Positions 12,839 through 28,057 of a DNA stretch of 64,000 bases are shown here, one piece after another. The stretch is from assembly GCA_014905635.1 (NCBI GenBank), contig JABVCE010000008.1:434001-498000 (forward strand), read 5' to 3'. Below the pieces are notes generated by a model that searched no databases, was not told the origin of the DNA, and was given only the letters and a program-made list of their open reading frames with translations. Each line of letters starts with the position of its first letter. Position 1 is the stretch's first letter. The position numbers were made by a program, and so were the translations under genes. The DNA is from Scenedesmus sp. PABB004 (taxonomy: Eukaryota).

Positions 12839-14651
12839 TCACATCCCGACCGCGACCGGCGCGGCGCGCGCGTCGCGGCCGCTACGCAGAGGCGCCGGCT
12901 CCGGCTCCGGCGCGGCGCGCGCCAGCACCGCGCGCAGCTCGTCGTCGCTCTGCGCGCACGCGCGCGGGAGCGCCAAGTAGCTGGCGTTCATGTCGCGTGC
13001 GGCGGCGGGCAGGTCGGCGGCAAACCAGGGGTGCGCGAGCACGTCCGCCACGCCCGCGCGCCGCCGGGGGCGCGGGTCGAGCAGCGACGCCAGCAGCTCG
13101 CGCGCGCCGGCGCTGAGCCAGGGCGGCAGCGGGAAGTCGCGGGCCTGCGGCGGCGGCGGCACCGGCGCGCGGCCGTCGGCGCCCGTGGACCCTCGGGGCA
13201 GCTGCGGAGCTGTCCTGCAAGCCAGCTGGCGCATGCGCGGCGTTCACTCACGCTCATGGCGGTGAGCATCTCCAGCGCCGTGCGCCCCAGGTTGCTGTCG
13301 GGCCCGGCGGGCGCGGCAAAGGGCGTGCGGCCGACCAGCATCACGTACAGCACCACGCCGCAGCTGTGGGGCGGCGCCAGCGTGAGCGGCGTCGGCGGGC
13401 GCGGCGCGGCGCGGCGCGGCGCGGCGGCACAGCGCGAGGAGCAGCGCTGCAGCCGCAGCCGCCGGGCACGCGCGCGGTGCGGCGCTGCAGCCGCCGCGCC
13501 TCCAGGCGTCGGCCTTCTTGCTGTCGTAGTGCGCGCCGCCGCTGCTGGAGCTTGTGAGCACCTCTGGCGCCATGTACGCCACCGTGCCCTGGCGGCGCCA
13601 GGGGGCGCGTGAGCGGGCCGCTCGAGCCGAGCAGCGGGGGTCTGCGCGCTGGCGCTGGTGCTGGCGCTGGCGTGGCGCGCGTGTGCGCTGCCGGCGCCGG
13701 CGCGCCCGGCCGCCCCCCCCCCCCCCTCCCCGGCGCCGCGCGCGCCGCGTGGCGCGCACCACGCGGCTGGTCGGCAGGCTCATCGCGTCGTGCTTGGCGT
13801 AGCCCCAGTCACACACCTGCGGCCGGGCCGCCGCCACGCGCGTGGCGGCGCGCGCGCGTGAGGGCGCAGCCGGCACCGCGCTCCCTCTCTCTCTGCAGCT
13901 CGCTGGCGGGCGGCAGGCCCGCGCGCGGCGCGCGCCTTGAGGATGGGCCAGTCGGGCGTGCCAGCGCACGACTGATCCAGCAGGATGTTTTCGGGCTTGA
14001 TGTCGCTGCCGCCACGCGCGCGCACGCGGGCCGCGGCGCGGCGTGTGAGGAGAGGCCGGCTTGGCCAAAGAGCAGTACATGGACTGCTCTGGAGGCTGCC
14101 CAGCAGCCAGCCGGCCAGCGGCCAGCCGGCGGACAGAGCTGCGCGCGGGGCGGCGCGCGCACCGGTTGGCGACGCCCTTGCGGTGGCAGTAGTCGACGGC
14201 GAGCATGAGCTGCTGGAAGAGCCAGCGCGCGCGCGCCTCGCCCAGGCGGCCGCAGCGCTGCACGTACGCCAGCAGCGTGCCGTCGGGCACCCACTCCATG
14301 CAGATGTTGACGTTGGTCGGCGACAGGAAGACCTGCGCCGGCGGCGGTTGCAACCACCACCAGTTGGTGGGGCGGTTGCGGCGGTTGCCACGGGGCCCGA
14401 GCCGCGGCTGCTCCCGAGGCGGCGGCACGGCGGGCCCGCCGGCGGCGCACCTGGTGGAAGCGCACGATGTGGGGGTGGCGCAGCGACGCGTGGAGCAGCA
14501 GCTCGCGGTGCACGTAGGTCGATTCGCGGTGCAGCGCAGCTCTTGGCAGCTTTTTCACGGCCACGAGCGCGCCGCTCTCGTCGTCGCGCGCCAGCACCAC
14601 GCGGCCAAAGGAGCCGCGCCCCAGCTCCCTCACGTAGCTCAGGCTGGCCAT
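12839..14651 (-). CDS. Second SnRK2-like kinase (divergent paralog, DWG motif), 7 exons
   Basis: ELGRGSFG, VAVKK, ANRDIKPEN, VCDWGYAK, GTVAYMAPE, ADAWSCGVVLY, HPWFAADLP...CAQSDDELRAVL; collinear with the kinase at 4801-6354. Confidence 0.88.
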
Positions 14652-15098
14652 GGCGCTGTTGTGTAGCTCCCGGGGCTGCTGATGCTGAACGTAGCTCAGC
14701 GAGCAGGCAGCGGGCGGCCGCTGGGCTGGCGGCCAGCGGCGGCCGCCGCGCGGCCTGCTGCGAGGCGTTCCGGCCCCTGCTGCCGGGCGAAGGGTGCGTG
14801 CGGGGAGGTCGGAGAGGTCGGCCTCGGCGCTGGAGCTGCTGCGAGCGGGGGTCGGCGGCGACCAAAGCTCGTTGGGCCCGGCGCTCGCAGCTCGCAGCGG
14901 TGGCGCGTTTGCCAGCCTCGCGATGGCGCTTTGCACGAGCGACCTGGCAACTCACGATTCGGGAGCTGGCGCGAGCTCGCGCGAGTGTGCGCGGCGCTCG
15001 CGGCCAAAAACGCGCAGTGACGAGCGCGGCGACGACACCCGCCGCCGCCGCCGCTGCGCACGCAGACCCCCCTCACGCGCCCCTCGCCGCCAGCAGCC

Positions 15099-15862
15099 AT
15101 GCTGACCGCGCCGTCGCCCGCCCGCGCCGTCGCCGCCGCCGCGCGCCGCCCCGCGCCGCCGACTGCGCGCCGGGCGCCCGCGGGCCGCCGCCTCGCGCCG
15201 CCGCTGCGCGCGTCCCCGGACTTCAACGCCCCGTGCGTGCGACGCCGCGCCGCGGCGCCGCGCGCGCCGCCACTGCCGCAGCCCCCGACCGACCGCGCCC
15301 GCGCGCGGCCGCGCGCGCCCCCTGTAAGGGGAACCGACGACAGCGAGATGATGGGCCGCGACGCGTCGGAGCGGCCGGAGGCGGGCGAGGAGGTGACGTT
15401 CAGCGCGGCCGAGCTGCGCGCCGACGACGCTGGCGCGGGCGGCGACGCGGCGGAGGCGCAGGCGGCCGGGGGTGGCGGGCGCTTTGGCGAGGAGGCCACG
15501 GAGCCGCGGCGCCCCTACAGCCCCAGCCCCAAGGAGCGCGGGCACGGCGTGCCGCCGCACAAGGACGCGAGCAACACGCACGCGCCCGACGAGCGCGGCG
15601 GCCCGACCGGCGCGGGCGGCGGCGCGTCGGGTGAGGCCGCGGCGGGCGAGGGCGCGGGCGTGCAGGAGCTGGAGTGAGCGCGCCTGCTGCGCGCGCCGCC
15701 GCCGCCCCGCGCGCGCCGGCAGGCGGCGCGCAGCTGGGCGGCGTGAGCATCGGCCCCGGCGAGGCGGCGGGCGGCGCGTGCGCGCCCGGCGGCGGCGCGT
15801 TCAGCGAGGGCGGCCGCGCGAACCCGGAGGGCGACGAGCAGATCCCGGGCGCGGCCATCTAG
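15099..15862 (+). CDS. Small acidic/Gly-rich hypothetical protein with transit-peptide-like N-terminus, 3 exons
   Basis: Arg/Ala/Pro-rich N-terminus ending LRAS; introns at ~15233-15329 and 15631-15722 give a continuous frame to TAG 15860-15862. Confidence 0.55.
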
Positions 15863-16023
15863 CGCGGCCAGGCCATGGCCTGGCCAGCGGGCATGGCGGC
15901 TGGCGGGCCGCCGCCGCCGCGCGCAGTTGGGAGTTGCGCGGCAGGACGGCGGGCGGTCGTTGCTCCGCGCGTGGCAACCGTCCCCCCTGCCCCTCCCGGC
16001 GCGCGCTCCCCGCCCCAGCAGCG

Positions 16024-16551
16024 TCAGCCGGTCATGAACTGCGCGCCCTCCTGCGGGCAGCGGGGTGGGGCGGCCTGCTGAGTCGGCGGCGCGCGCGCGG
16101 CGCCGGCCCGCCAGCAGGCGGCCCGCGCCCGGCCGCGCACCGGCTTGCCGCGGCGGCCGGGCCTGGCGGCGCGGACCTCCACCGCCCCCGCCGCCGGCGC
16201 CTCGTGCGCGGCCGCCGACGGCGGCGCCGCCGGCGCGGTGCCCAGGAGCGAGAGGAGCGCGATCGCCAGCAAGCCAGCCGCCATGATCCCAGCGCCCAGG
16301 CCCGCCGCGCCGCGCGCCTGCGAGACCACCCAGCTCAGCCCGGCGGCGTCCGCGGCGGCCGCGGCGGTCGTCGCGTTGCCCGCAGCTGCGCCGGCGCCGT
16401 CGTCCGCCGCGCCGCCGCGCGGCGCGAGCAGCAGCAGCAGGCACGCCGCCGCCCCTGCGCGCAGCGGCGCGGTGCGTGGGCCGCCCCGGGCGCCAGGTCG
16501 CTGCTGGGCCGGCGGCAGCGGATCGAGCGACGCGGCTCGCGAGCGGCTCAC
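16024..16551 (-). CDS. Possible small membrane/secreted hypothetical protein (structure unresolved)
   Basis: Frame contains AAACLLLLLAP (signal-like) and GLGAGIMAAGLLAIALLSLLG (TM-like); start codon not established. Confidence 0.3.
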   Translation of the reverse strand: MSRSRAASLDPLPPAQQRPGARGGPRTAPLRAGAAACLLLLLAPRGGAADDGAGAAAGNATTAAAAADAAGLSWVVSQARGAAGLGAGIMAAGLLAIALLSLLGTAPAAPPSAAAHEAPAAGAVEVRAARPGRRGKPVRGRARAACWRAGAARAPPTQQAAPPRCPQEGAQFMTG

Positions 16552-16905
16552 AGGCGCACAGGGGCGCCGCCGCGCGCCGCTGCTGCGCCATGCCCCTCTC
16601 CCACGCGCTGCTGGTCTGGTGAGGGCGAAGGCTGTCGAGCTGCTGGGCGGGGCGGATCGAGCTGGGCGCGTGCAGGGCGCGCACAGGCCTCAATTCGGGC
16701 GGCTGGCGCCGCTGGTCAACGCACGGTCAACCGCCGCCCAAAGCGCCCCCCGCTCGCTCCAACGTCGCTGAGACGCCGGCCTGCGGTTACCCAGGCGTCG
16801 GCCCGCGGGCCTGGCAAGAGCGCAGCGCCTGCTGCGCGTCTCGCCGCCCCCCGCCGCCGCCGCCGCCACCGCTGCTGCTGCTGCTGCTCCACGCGCGCCG
16901 CTCGG

Positions 16906-19417
<2,512 letters not shown>

Positions 19418-19835
19418 TCAGGACGACGACGGCCGGCGCGTTGGCCCCAGCCACCCCCAGCCACGCCTAGTCACACGCGGCATGCAGTGTCGCCCGCCGG
19501 CGCGCGGCCGCAGGCACGGCGCGCGGCAACCGAAGCGAATCGTTGACCGACGCGATGGCGCGGCAAATGAAGCAAGAAATACCTCCAGCCTGCCGCCAGA
19601 TGGGTGAGCAGGGGGGGCCTTCATTATTGGGGCCACCGCGGCGAGCCGCGCCGGGGCTGCGCAGGCCATGGATGACGATGCACGTGAGCAGACTCTTGAG
19701 ACACTCCGCAGGCAAGAAATGCGCGCGCGTGTGCGCGTAAAGCATGCGATGACTGGATGACAGGACTGGACTGGATGGCTTTATTCGACGACGGCGCTGC
19801 TGCCGCCGCCCGCCCGCCCGCCCGCACAGGCGCGC

Positions 19836-22422
19836 TCACGCGAGCGCGGCGGCGGCGGCGAGCGCTGCGGCCGCGAGCGCGGCCGCCCAGCGCCGCGGCG
19901 GCGACGGCGGGCCGGCGGCGGCGTTGCTGCGCTTGACGGGCACGCCACCGCTGCCGCCCGGGAGGGGGACGGCCGAGTAGTCGACGGCGGTCATGTTGGA
20001 CACGCCGCCCGCAAAGCTGTACAGGAAGCTCGCCTCCTGCGGGGAGGAAGGGGGGGGAGCTGGTCGGTCAGTCCAGCGCCGCCCAGCCCGGCCCGGGCCC
20101 GCGGGCGCCGCCGCCGGCCCGCCCGCAGCCGCGGCCGCGCGCCTTGGTGTGGCCGCACACGTCCACGAAGACCACGCGGAAGGCGTGCTGCGTGATGTTG
20201 GCGGCGGCGCTCGCGTTGCCCCCGGGCGCCGCCGGCGGCGCGGTGAGCGTGAGCGGGCTCGAGCAGGGGCCGAGCGGCTCATCATCGTGGTAGCAGGTGA
20301 CCGACGAGGGCACGGCGACGATCGACCAGCTGAAGGTGACCTCCGCGCCGGGCTGCGGGGCTCGGCGGGGTCGGGCGGGGCGGGGCGCCTGGCTCGGCGC
20401 CCCGGGCGCGGCGGCTGCGCCGCCAGCGCGCGCGGGGCGCGGCCGCGGCCGCGCGGGGGCGGGCGCGCGCGCGCACCGCGATGGCGCGGGCGGCGTGGCT
20501 GGAGTTGATCGCGCTGATGAGCGGCAGCGTCGACGCGTACTGCACGCCCACGCGCGGCGTGGCCGCGTCGCTGCCATTGATCAGGGTGTGCCCCATGAAC
20601 TCGGTGAGCCCCGACACCTCAGGCACGTCGGCCTGCACGCGACGGCGGCGGCGACGGGTGCAGAAGCGGTGGCGCGCGTGTGGGGCGCCCGGCCGCAGGC
20701 GGCGTGCGCGGCCGACCGCGGCCGGCGGCAGCGCCGCGCCGCGCCGGGCCCGCGCGCGTGCCTGCTCGATGGCCGCCTGGCCCTGCAGGTCGGAGAGGGT
20801 GGGGAACTTGGACACGACCGAGACCTTGGCCGACAGCGCGTAGTAGCCCTCCGGCAGCAGCTCGTCGTCGGCGCCGCGGATCGTGAGCGTGCGCGGGCCG
20901 GGCGCGTCGCCGTCGGCGCCGCCGGTGGTCGGCGGCAGGATGAAGTACTTGGCGATCGGCACGGAGCCCTCGGGCAGCTCGTCCTCGGGGCGCAGCGCGG
21001 CCGCGAGGCTGCCCCACACCGTGATGAGGGGCTGGATGAGCAGCTCGGGCGCGCCGCCCGGCGACACGGGCGCGCCGCCCTGCGTGAGCGGCTGCGCCGC
21101 GGGCGACACGCCGCTCACGTTGAGCGTGACTGCGCGGGCGCGACGGCAGAGAGGGTGAGGCGGCGGTGAGGGGCCCCCGCCGTGCGCCGCCGCGCGCGTG
21201 CGCGCGCGGCGCGGGGCTGGCCAGCGCGGCGGCGCGGCGGGCGCACAGGCGTCGTTGAAGCACTGGTTGAACGTCACGTCGGCGGCGGCCTGGCCGTTGT
21301 GCCTGAACCAGCAGAGCGTGTGGTTGCGCGCGAGCGCGTCGGGCAGGTCGCCGGGCGCGGCGCCGGACACTTCGTAGCCGGACAGCGTCACCTCGACGAC
21401 CACGCACACCGGCTCCTGCGAGCGGCGGCGGCGCCGCGTCGGCGGGGCGCGCGGGCAGAGAGGCAGAGAGGCGGCGCGCGCGCTGCCCATGCGCGCGGCT
21501 CGCGGCGCGTGGGCAGCGCGCACCCCCTCGGGCCAGTCGCCGTCGAGCTCCACCTTGCCCGCGGCGCCGACCCTGGCGCCGTCGACCGCCGCGCCGGCGC
21601 CGCGGCGCACGGTGTAGGTCCACGTCCCCGGCGTGGTCACGGCGGGCGGCGTGAGCAGGCGGCGGCGGCGGCGCGTGTTGGCGGGCGCGGGCAGGCAGCG
21701 CGACGCGTCGGCGCCGGCGACCAGGAGCGGGGAGACGGGCAGGAAGTAGACGCGCGGCTGGACGTCGGTGCCGTAGTCGCGCAGGCCGACGCCGAAGAGC
21801 CCCGCCGCGTCGACCGCAAAGCCCGGCCCGAGCTGCGCGGCCACGCCCGGCGCGCGCTGGCCGGCGGCGGTCCAGGGCGCGGGGAAGCCGCAGTCGGCGT
21901 CCGCGTGGCAGTCCTCCAGCACGTACGTGCCGTTGTCGTCGGCTGCGCGTGCCGGGCGCTGCAGCCCCGGCGCGCCGATCTCGGCGGCGGTGGGGAAGAA
22001 GTTGAGGGCCGGCGCGCAGGCAGACGCGTCGCCAGCCACCGCGGCGACTGCGGCGGCGGCGGGGGACCGGCGCGCGAGTCAACGTTGGTCCGCGCGCCGA
22101 CGTGCCGCCTTCCACGGCGGCGGCAGTGGCGGCGGGCATCGGAGCGCGACGCAACGGCTGGTCCGCGCGCCGACGCGCCGGCCGCGGCTGGGCAGCGACC
22201 AGCGCGCGAGCCCCAACGGCTAGTTCGCGAGCCGGCTCCCGCAGGCCCTGCCCGCCCGCTGAGGGCGCGGCTGGAGCCAGCGCCGAGCCAGGCGCAACGC
22301 CGCAGGTCGGGGCGGGCCGCGCGCGGGCGGCGGCGGGCAGCCGCCCGCCGCAGCAGCGCCGCACCGCAGCACGCGAGCGCGAGGCCCGCCGCGAGCAGCA
22401 GGCGCCCCCAGGAGGACCGCAT
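19836..22422 (-). CDS. Secreted, probably GPI-anchored surface protein, paralog A of tandem trio
   Basis: Signal peptide MRSSWGRLLLAAGLALACC; shared motifs CAPALNFFPTAAEIG, RRLL..TPGTWTY, VTLNVS, EGYYALSAKV, FRVVFVDVCG; hydrophobic C-terminus. Confidence 0.8.
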
Positions 22423-22739
22423 GGCGGCCCGCGCTTTGTGAGATGGCTGGAGAGAGACGCAGGAAGGGGGCCGGCACGGGCGGCGGCTCGGCGCGGCGGC
22501 GCTGCTCGCTGCACAGCTCGCAGGACAGCGCGGGGCGGCGGCGCGGGTGGCGGCGGCGGGTGCAGGTTGCAGGGCGTACTGCAAACGTTCAAGTACGCCA
22601 GGCGGCGCGCGGCCCCGCGTCAAACCGCAACTCGGTCAAACCCCACGCACGCTCAACCCCGATGCCACTCCGAAAGCGCATGTCTCAGCGCCGCGTGGCA
22701 CCGCACGCAGTGCAAGTAATTGTCATGCAGTCTCAGCGC

Positions 22740-25110
22740 CTAAAGCAGCAGCGCCGCGAGCAGGCCGGCGGCGAGCGTGAAGCCCGCGGCGGGGCCGGCC
22801 AGGCCCGCGGCGGCGTTGCGAACCACCGCCACGCCGCCGGCGCCCGCGCCGCCGGCGCCGCCGCCGGCGGCCGCGCCGTCGTCGACCACGCTGACGAGCT
22901 GCACGCCGCGCTGGGTGTACTTGTACTCGGCCGTCGCGTTGCGGCCGCACACGTCGGTGAAGAGCACGCTGAACGTGACCTCCGCCTCTGCGTCGGCGAG
23001 CGCCTGCGCCGCGACGACGAGCCCGCCCGCGCCCGGCTCGCAGGGGTCGATCGTCGTGTTGCCGTGCACGCAGACCTGGCTCGCCTCGAGGCCGGAGAAC
23101 GTCCACGAGAAGGTGATGTTGTCGCCCGTCTGCGCGCGGGAGCGTCGCGCGCGGGACAGGGGCGCGGCCGGTCAGCAGGCCGCCGCGCGGGCCGCGCGCA
23201 CGGCGCCGCCGCGCCCGCCACCCAGCATGCTGCGCAGCGCCGTGCCGTCCCCCCGCCCCGGCTGCGCACCGCGATCGCCGCGCCCTCCTTGTCGCTGGAG
23301 ATGGCGCTCAGCAGGGGCGCGGAGCGCGACACGCCGCGGCCGGCGATGGCGTAGGTCTGGCCCATGATCTCGGTCTTGCCGCGCACGTCGTCGCCGTAGG
23401 TGTCGTTCTGCACGATCGGGTTGGCGCCGGGCAGGCCGACCAGGGCGGCGTAGTCGGTGACGAGCGCGACCTTGACCGTCAGCTCCCACGCGCCCTCGTC
23501 CAGCGCGGCGCCGTCGGCGCCCGTGAGCGCGAGCGTGATGGGCTCGCCGCTGTAGTTGGCGGGCAGCACGCGGTACAGGTTGACAAACGCGCTCTGGCCG
23601 CCGTTGTCGGTCGAGCCTGGCGCGGCGCGGCGCGGCGCGGCGCGGCGAGGTTCGGGCACGGCGCGGTGGGGGTCGGGCGGCGCGGCGCGGCGGGTGGCCA
23701 CGGCCGCGGCGTGGCCACGAGGGCCGAGGGCGCGCGCGCACCGGCGGTGTAGTTGGTGCCGTTGAGCTCCTTGACCTTCTGCCCGTACACCTGGACCATG
23801 GGCTGCACAAGCTGCGCGGCCGCGCCGCCGGCGGCGACGGGGGCGGCGCCGTAGGTCAGGGGCTCGGCGAGGGGCGCGAGGCCGCTGACGTTGACCGTCA
23901 CTGCGCGCCAGCGGGCGGGGCGGCGGCAGGGGCGGCGCAGGTGGGCGCGGGCGCGGGCGCGGGCGCGGCCGGCGGAGCGGGGCGGCGCGGCCGACGAGCG
24001 GCGGCGGGGGACGCACGGACGCCGTCGTCGGCGCAGGTGTCAAACACGGGCTCGTCGGCGCTGGCCTGGCCGGCCTCGGGCATCCACCAGCAGAGCTCGA
24101 CCGTCGCGGCAGGCACGGTGATGTTGGAGATGGGCTCGGTCGCCCAGCCGCTCACAGTCGCGGTGATGACGGCACAGTGGGAGCCCTGCGGGGCGCGGCG
24201 CGGCGCGGGCGGCGGTTCGAGGCGCGGAGAGGCCCCGCGCGGCGCGGCGCGCCGGCGCGCAGGGCCCGCGCCCGCCAGTGCAGCGCGCGGGCGCGCGCAC
24301 CGTCTGGTCGGCGCCGATGGTGAGCCTGCCGGCGCTGCCCACGCGCGTGCCGGCAACCGGCGCGCCGCCGTCGATGGCGATGGTGAAGGCCCAGGTGCCG
24401 GGCGTGGCGACGGTGACGGGCACGGGCACGAGCAGGCGGCGCGTGGGCAGCACCACCGGCGCGCAGGCGTCCGCGGTGGCGTTGAACGTCAGCAGGGGGC
24501 TGGAGAGCGTGAAGTAGAGCGTCGAGTCCGCCGTGGGCAGCACGGCGCGCAGCAGCTTCGCGCCCGCCGGCAGCGGCCCGCCCGCGAGCGCGGTCAGGCC
24601 GGACGCGTAGCCCTGCGCGGCGGTGCCCCAGACGGGCGCGTTGCAGACGTCGGCGCCGTCGCAGGTGACGTTCTCGGGGCCATCGATGGTGTAGCGGACA
24701 AAGTCAACGGAGAAGCCCGGCGTGATCTCGTTGGCCGTGGGCGCGAGGTCGACGACGGGGTCGCATGGCCCCGCCAGCGCGGCGCCTGTACGGTTTGGGT
24801 CAGGGGGCGGAGCGAGGGCGGGCGGGTTGGGGCCGGGGGGCGAGCGGCTCGGCGCGCATGCGCCGCTGCTGTACTGCCGCCGCCGCGGCGCGCGCCGCGC
24901 CGCCGAGCCATGCCCGCGCCATGCGGCCCCTTCCGGAGGTGCTTCGCCACCGTCTTTGCCGAACTCACGCCCCGGCAGGCGCAGAGCAGCGGCCAGCGAG
25001 CGGGGGCGCGGCCCGCCCGCCGCGCGCCGCGCAGCAGCGCCCCCTGGCGCCCCCTGCTCACCAGCTGCGCAGGCGAGGAGGCCGAGAGCGAGCACAGCGG
25101 CGTGCTTCAT
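22740..25110 (-). CDS. Secreted, probably GPI-anchored surface protein, paralog B
   Basis: Signal MKHAAVLALGLLACAA; CDPVVDLAPTANEI, RRLL..TPGTWAF, VTVNVS, EGAWELTVKV, DDVRGKTE, FSVLFTDVCG; tail NAAAGLAGPAAGFTLAAGLLAALLL*. Confidence 0.8.
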
Positions 25111-25636
25111 GGTGGAGACTGCAGCTTGGCCACCAGGGGCTTCGTTTGCCGTCGGGAGGGCCTTCAAAGGCTGGCGGCGTTGCACGCTGACTGGCCTCGT
25201 GCTAGCCGGGGGAGCCGTGTGGAGCGCGCTCGGGCGAGCGCGGCTTTTACGGCCCGACGTGCCGCGGGCTGTAGCACGCGCCAGCTGGCCGCGCGCGCCG
25301 CTGTAGCCGGAAGCTGCGACAGCCGCTGCTCGCGCCGCGCCCGCCGCCGGCGTAGCGTCCGGGTTGCCTCTCCCGGCCTCTCAACGCCCAACCAACCCGG
25401 TTCACACACGCCGCCGCAGCGGCGCAGCACAAAACGCGCGGAGGCGGGGGCGGCGCGCGGCTGCCTCGCGAGCACCGACCGCGCACCACCGCCCCGGGCC
25501 GCCCCACGCTGCCGCGGCGCACAACGTAAGCACGCGTGCCACCAACGCAGCGTGCAATCGCGCGCGCGCCGCCGCCCGCCGGCGCTTCAGTGCTGCTTGA
25601 ATCAATCGTCACGAACCCGCGGCCGCCGCCGCGTCC

Positions 25637-27879
25637 TCACAGCAGCAGCGCGAGCACAGCGGCGAGCGCGGCGGCCGCGCCCGCGGGCGCAAGCGCGGCC
25701 GCGCTGTTCTGCACGGCGCGCGGCGGCAGCTGGCGGCTGTGCGTCTCGACGGGGATGTAGTCCACCTTGCTCACCGCCTCCACGCCTGCCTGCGTGTACT
25801 TGTACTCTGCGACCTTCTCGCCGCCGCACACGTCCTCAAACACCACGCGGAAGGTGTGCTCGGTCGCCTTGTCGCTCATGTCCTTGGCGTAGATCTGCGG
25901 GGGGCGCGTGCGGGCGGGGTGGCGGCGGCTCAGGGCTCAGGGCGCTCAGCCCCGCGGTGCGGCGGCTCTGCCAGCTGCTCGGCGGCTCTGCCAGCTCAGC
26001 TGGCTGCCGGCTGCGCGGCGCACACCTGGATGCCGCTCGCGCAGTCGGGCACCTCGACCTTGTCGTGGTAGCAGCGCTCTGTGCCGATGCCGGCAAAGCG
26101 CCAGAAGAAGGAGATGGTGTCGCCCGCCTGCGGTGCAGCGTGGTGCGGCGCGGCGCGCGTCAGCCGCTGCGCACGCTGCGCGGCGCCGCTGCGCCAGCTT
26201 CTGCTGCTGGCTCCCTCTCAGCCCCGGCGCCCGCCGCACCTGGATCGCGGCGCCGAGCTTGTCGCTGGTGATCTCGGAGATGGTGGTCTTGCTCTTCTGC
26301 ACGCCGACCGTGCTCGTCTCGTTCACGATCGTCACGCCGCCATACTCGGTGAAGCCGCGCACGTCCTCGCCGTACGCGTCGGCCTGCACGATCGCGGTGC
26401 GCCCGGTGAGGTCGACGAGGTCGGGGAAGCCGCTCACGAGCGCGACCTTGGCGGAGAGGGCGTAGTAGCCCTCGTCGAGGCTGTCCTCGTCGAGCACAAA
26501 GCTCAGCGTCTCGTTGGCGGTGAAGTTGGAGGGCAGGACGATGTACTTGTTGATGAAGTTGATGGGGTTGTTCATGTTGTCGTACTCCAGCTCCTTGAGC
26601 ACGGTGCCGTCGAGCGTGCGGTTCTTGCGGCCGAAGAGGTGCACCACGGGGCGGAACAGCAGCGCGGGCTTGCCGTCGAGGGAGAGCGCGGTGCCGTTCT
26701 GGGTGAGGTTGGTCGGCAGCGGCGCGATGTTGGACACGTTGAGCGTGACTGCGGCGGCGGCGGCGGCAGCGGCGGGTCAGTCGGAGCGATGGTTTTGGGG
26801 GTGAACCCAGGAAGGGGGCTGCGAGCGCCGCAGGACAAGCTCCGGCCTGCCGCTCGCCGCGGCCTGCGGGCGCGCCGCGCTCACAGGTCTTGGTGGTGCA
26901 CATGTCAAAGTCGAACGTCGCCTTGGTCTGCGTGGAGAGCTTGTACCAGCACACGGTCTGCGTGCTCTCAAAGCTCGACGGCCAGTCGGCCACCGCGGGC
27001 TCCAGCTGCGCGCCAGTCACAGTCACGGTGATCTCGGCGCAGTGGTGGCCCTGCGGTGGCGGGGGCGGCGGCGAGTGAGCGCTCGCAGCGCACCGCGCGC
27101 CGTGCTCCCCACAGCCAGCCAGCCCGCCGCCCCGCCCCCTTGCCCCGCGCCGCCGCAGCACTCACGTCCTTGCTGAGGTAGAGGGGGTCGAGCTCGCCCG
27201 ACTTGGCGGCGATGCGGTTGCCGGGCAGCGCGTCCTGGCCGTCGTACGCGACCTTGTAGGACCAGGTGCCAGGCGTCTTGACGGCGTACGCGTCCGCCTG
27301 GTGCAGCCGGCGCGTCGCGGTCGGCGCGGGGAAGCGCGAGAGCGCGCACGCCGTCGCGTCGCCGCCGGCGGCGAGCAGCGGGGTGACGGGCGCGAAGAAG
27401 AGGCGGGGCTTCTCGTTGCCGTACTGCTTGAACGCCACCGACAGCAGGCCGTTGGCGATGGAGGTGTCGAGCTTGGACATGTACTTGGTCTGGTTTGCCT
27501 CGGCCCACACGCCCGGGAAGTTGCACACCGCGTCGCCCTTGCAGGTCTTGTTGTTCACCAGCTGGGGCAGGCCGATCTCGTCGGCGGTGGGGAAGAAGTT
27601 GAAGGTCGGCGCGCAGGGGTCGGCCTTGGCCGCGGCCGCGGCGCCTGCGCGACGCGCGCGCGCGCGCGCGGGAGTTTCGGCGGCGGCGCATCCGTCAGCG
27701 CCAGCGCGGGCCGCGAACGAGCTGGCCCAGCGTCACGGCGACGACGACGCGCGTGCCGGCCCGGCGGGGCGGGCCTGGCGCGCGGGCGCACGCCCGCTCG
27801 GGCGCGAGGTGCAGTTTCCGAGCGCCGACGCACCGACGGCCAGCGCCAGCAGGCCCATGGAGAGGGCTACGCGCGCCAT
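25637..27879 (-). CDS. Secreted, probably GPI-anchored surface protein, paralog C
   Basis: Signal MARVALSMGLLALAVGASAL; CAPTFNFFPTADEIG, RRLH..TPGTWSY, VTLNVS, EGYYALSAKV, EDVRGFTE, FRVVFEDVCG; tail NSAAALAPAGAAAALAAVLALLL*. Confidence 0.82.
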
Positions 27880-28051
27880 GGCGACACGAGCTGCCGCGCG
27901 ACTCGGCGGGGCGCTCACGGCGGCGAGCGCGCGGGCTGGCGGGATGCTCACGCGCGCGGCCTGGCGCGGCTGCACGGCGCGGCGCGAGGGTCGGGGTTGG
28001 CCTGGATGAGTTGGGGAGGCGGCGATGGAGCTGCGAGAAGGCCGAGCGCGT

Positions 28052-28057
28052 CTTATA
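28052..28057 (-). promoter_or_regulatory. Possible TATA box (TATAAG) for paralog C
   Basis: Rare AT-rich motif ~175 nt upstream of ATG 27879 on the coding strand. Confidence 0.3.

Noticed and set aside
15675..15677. Possible TGA readthrough or selenocysteine joining ORFs 15099-15677 and 15674-15862
   Set aside because: The TGA lies inside a plausible intron (15631-15722) whose removal gives a continuous frame.
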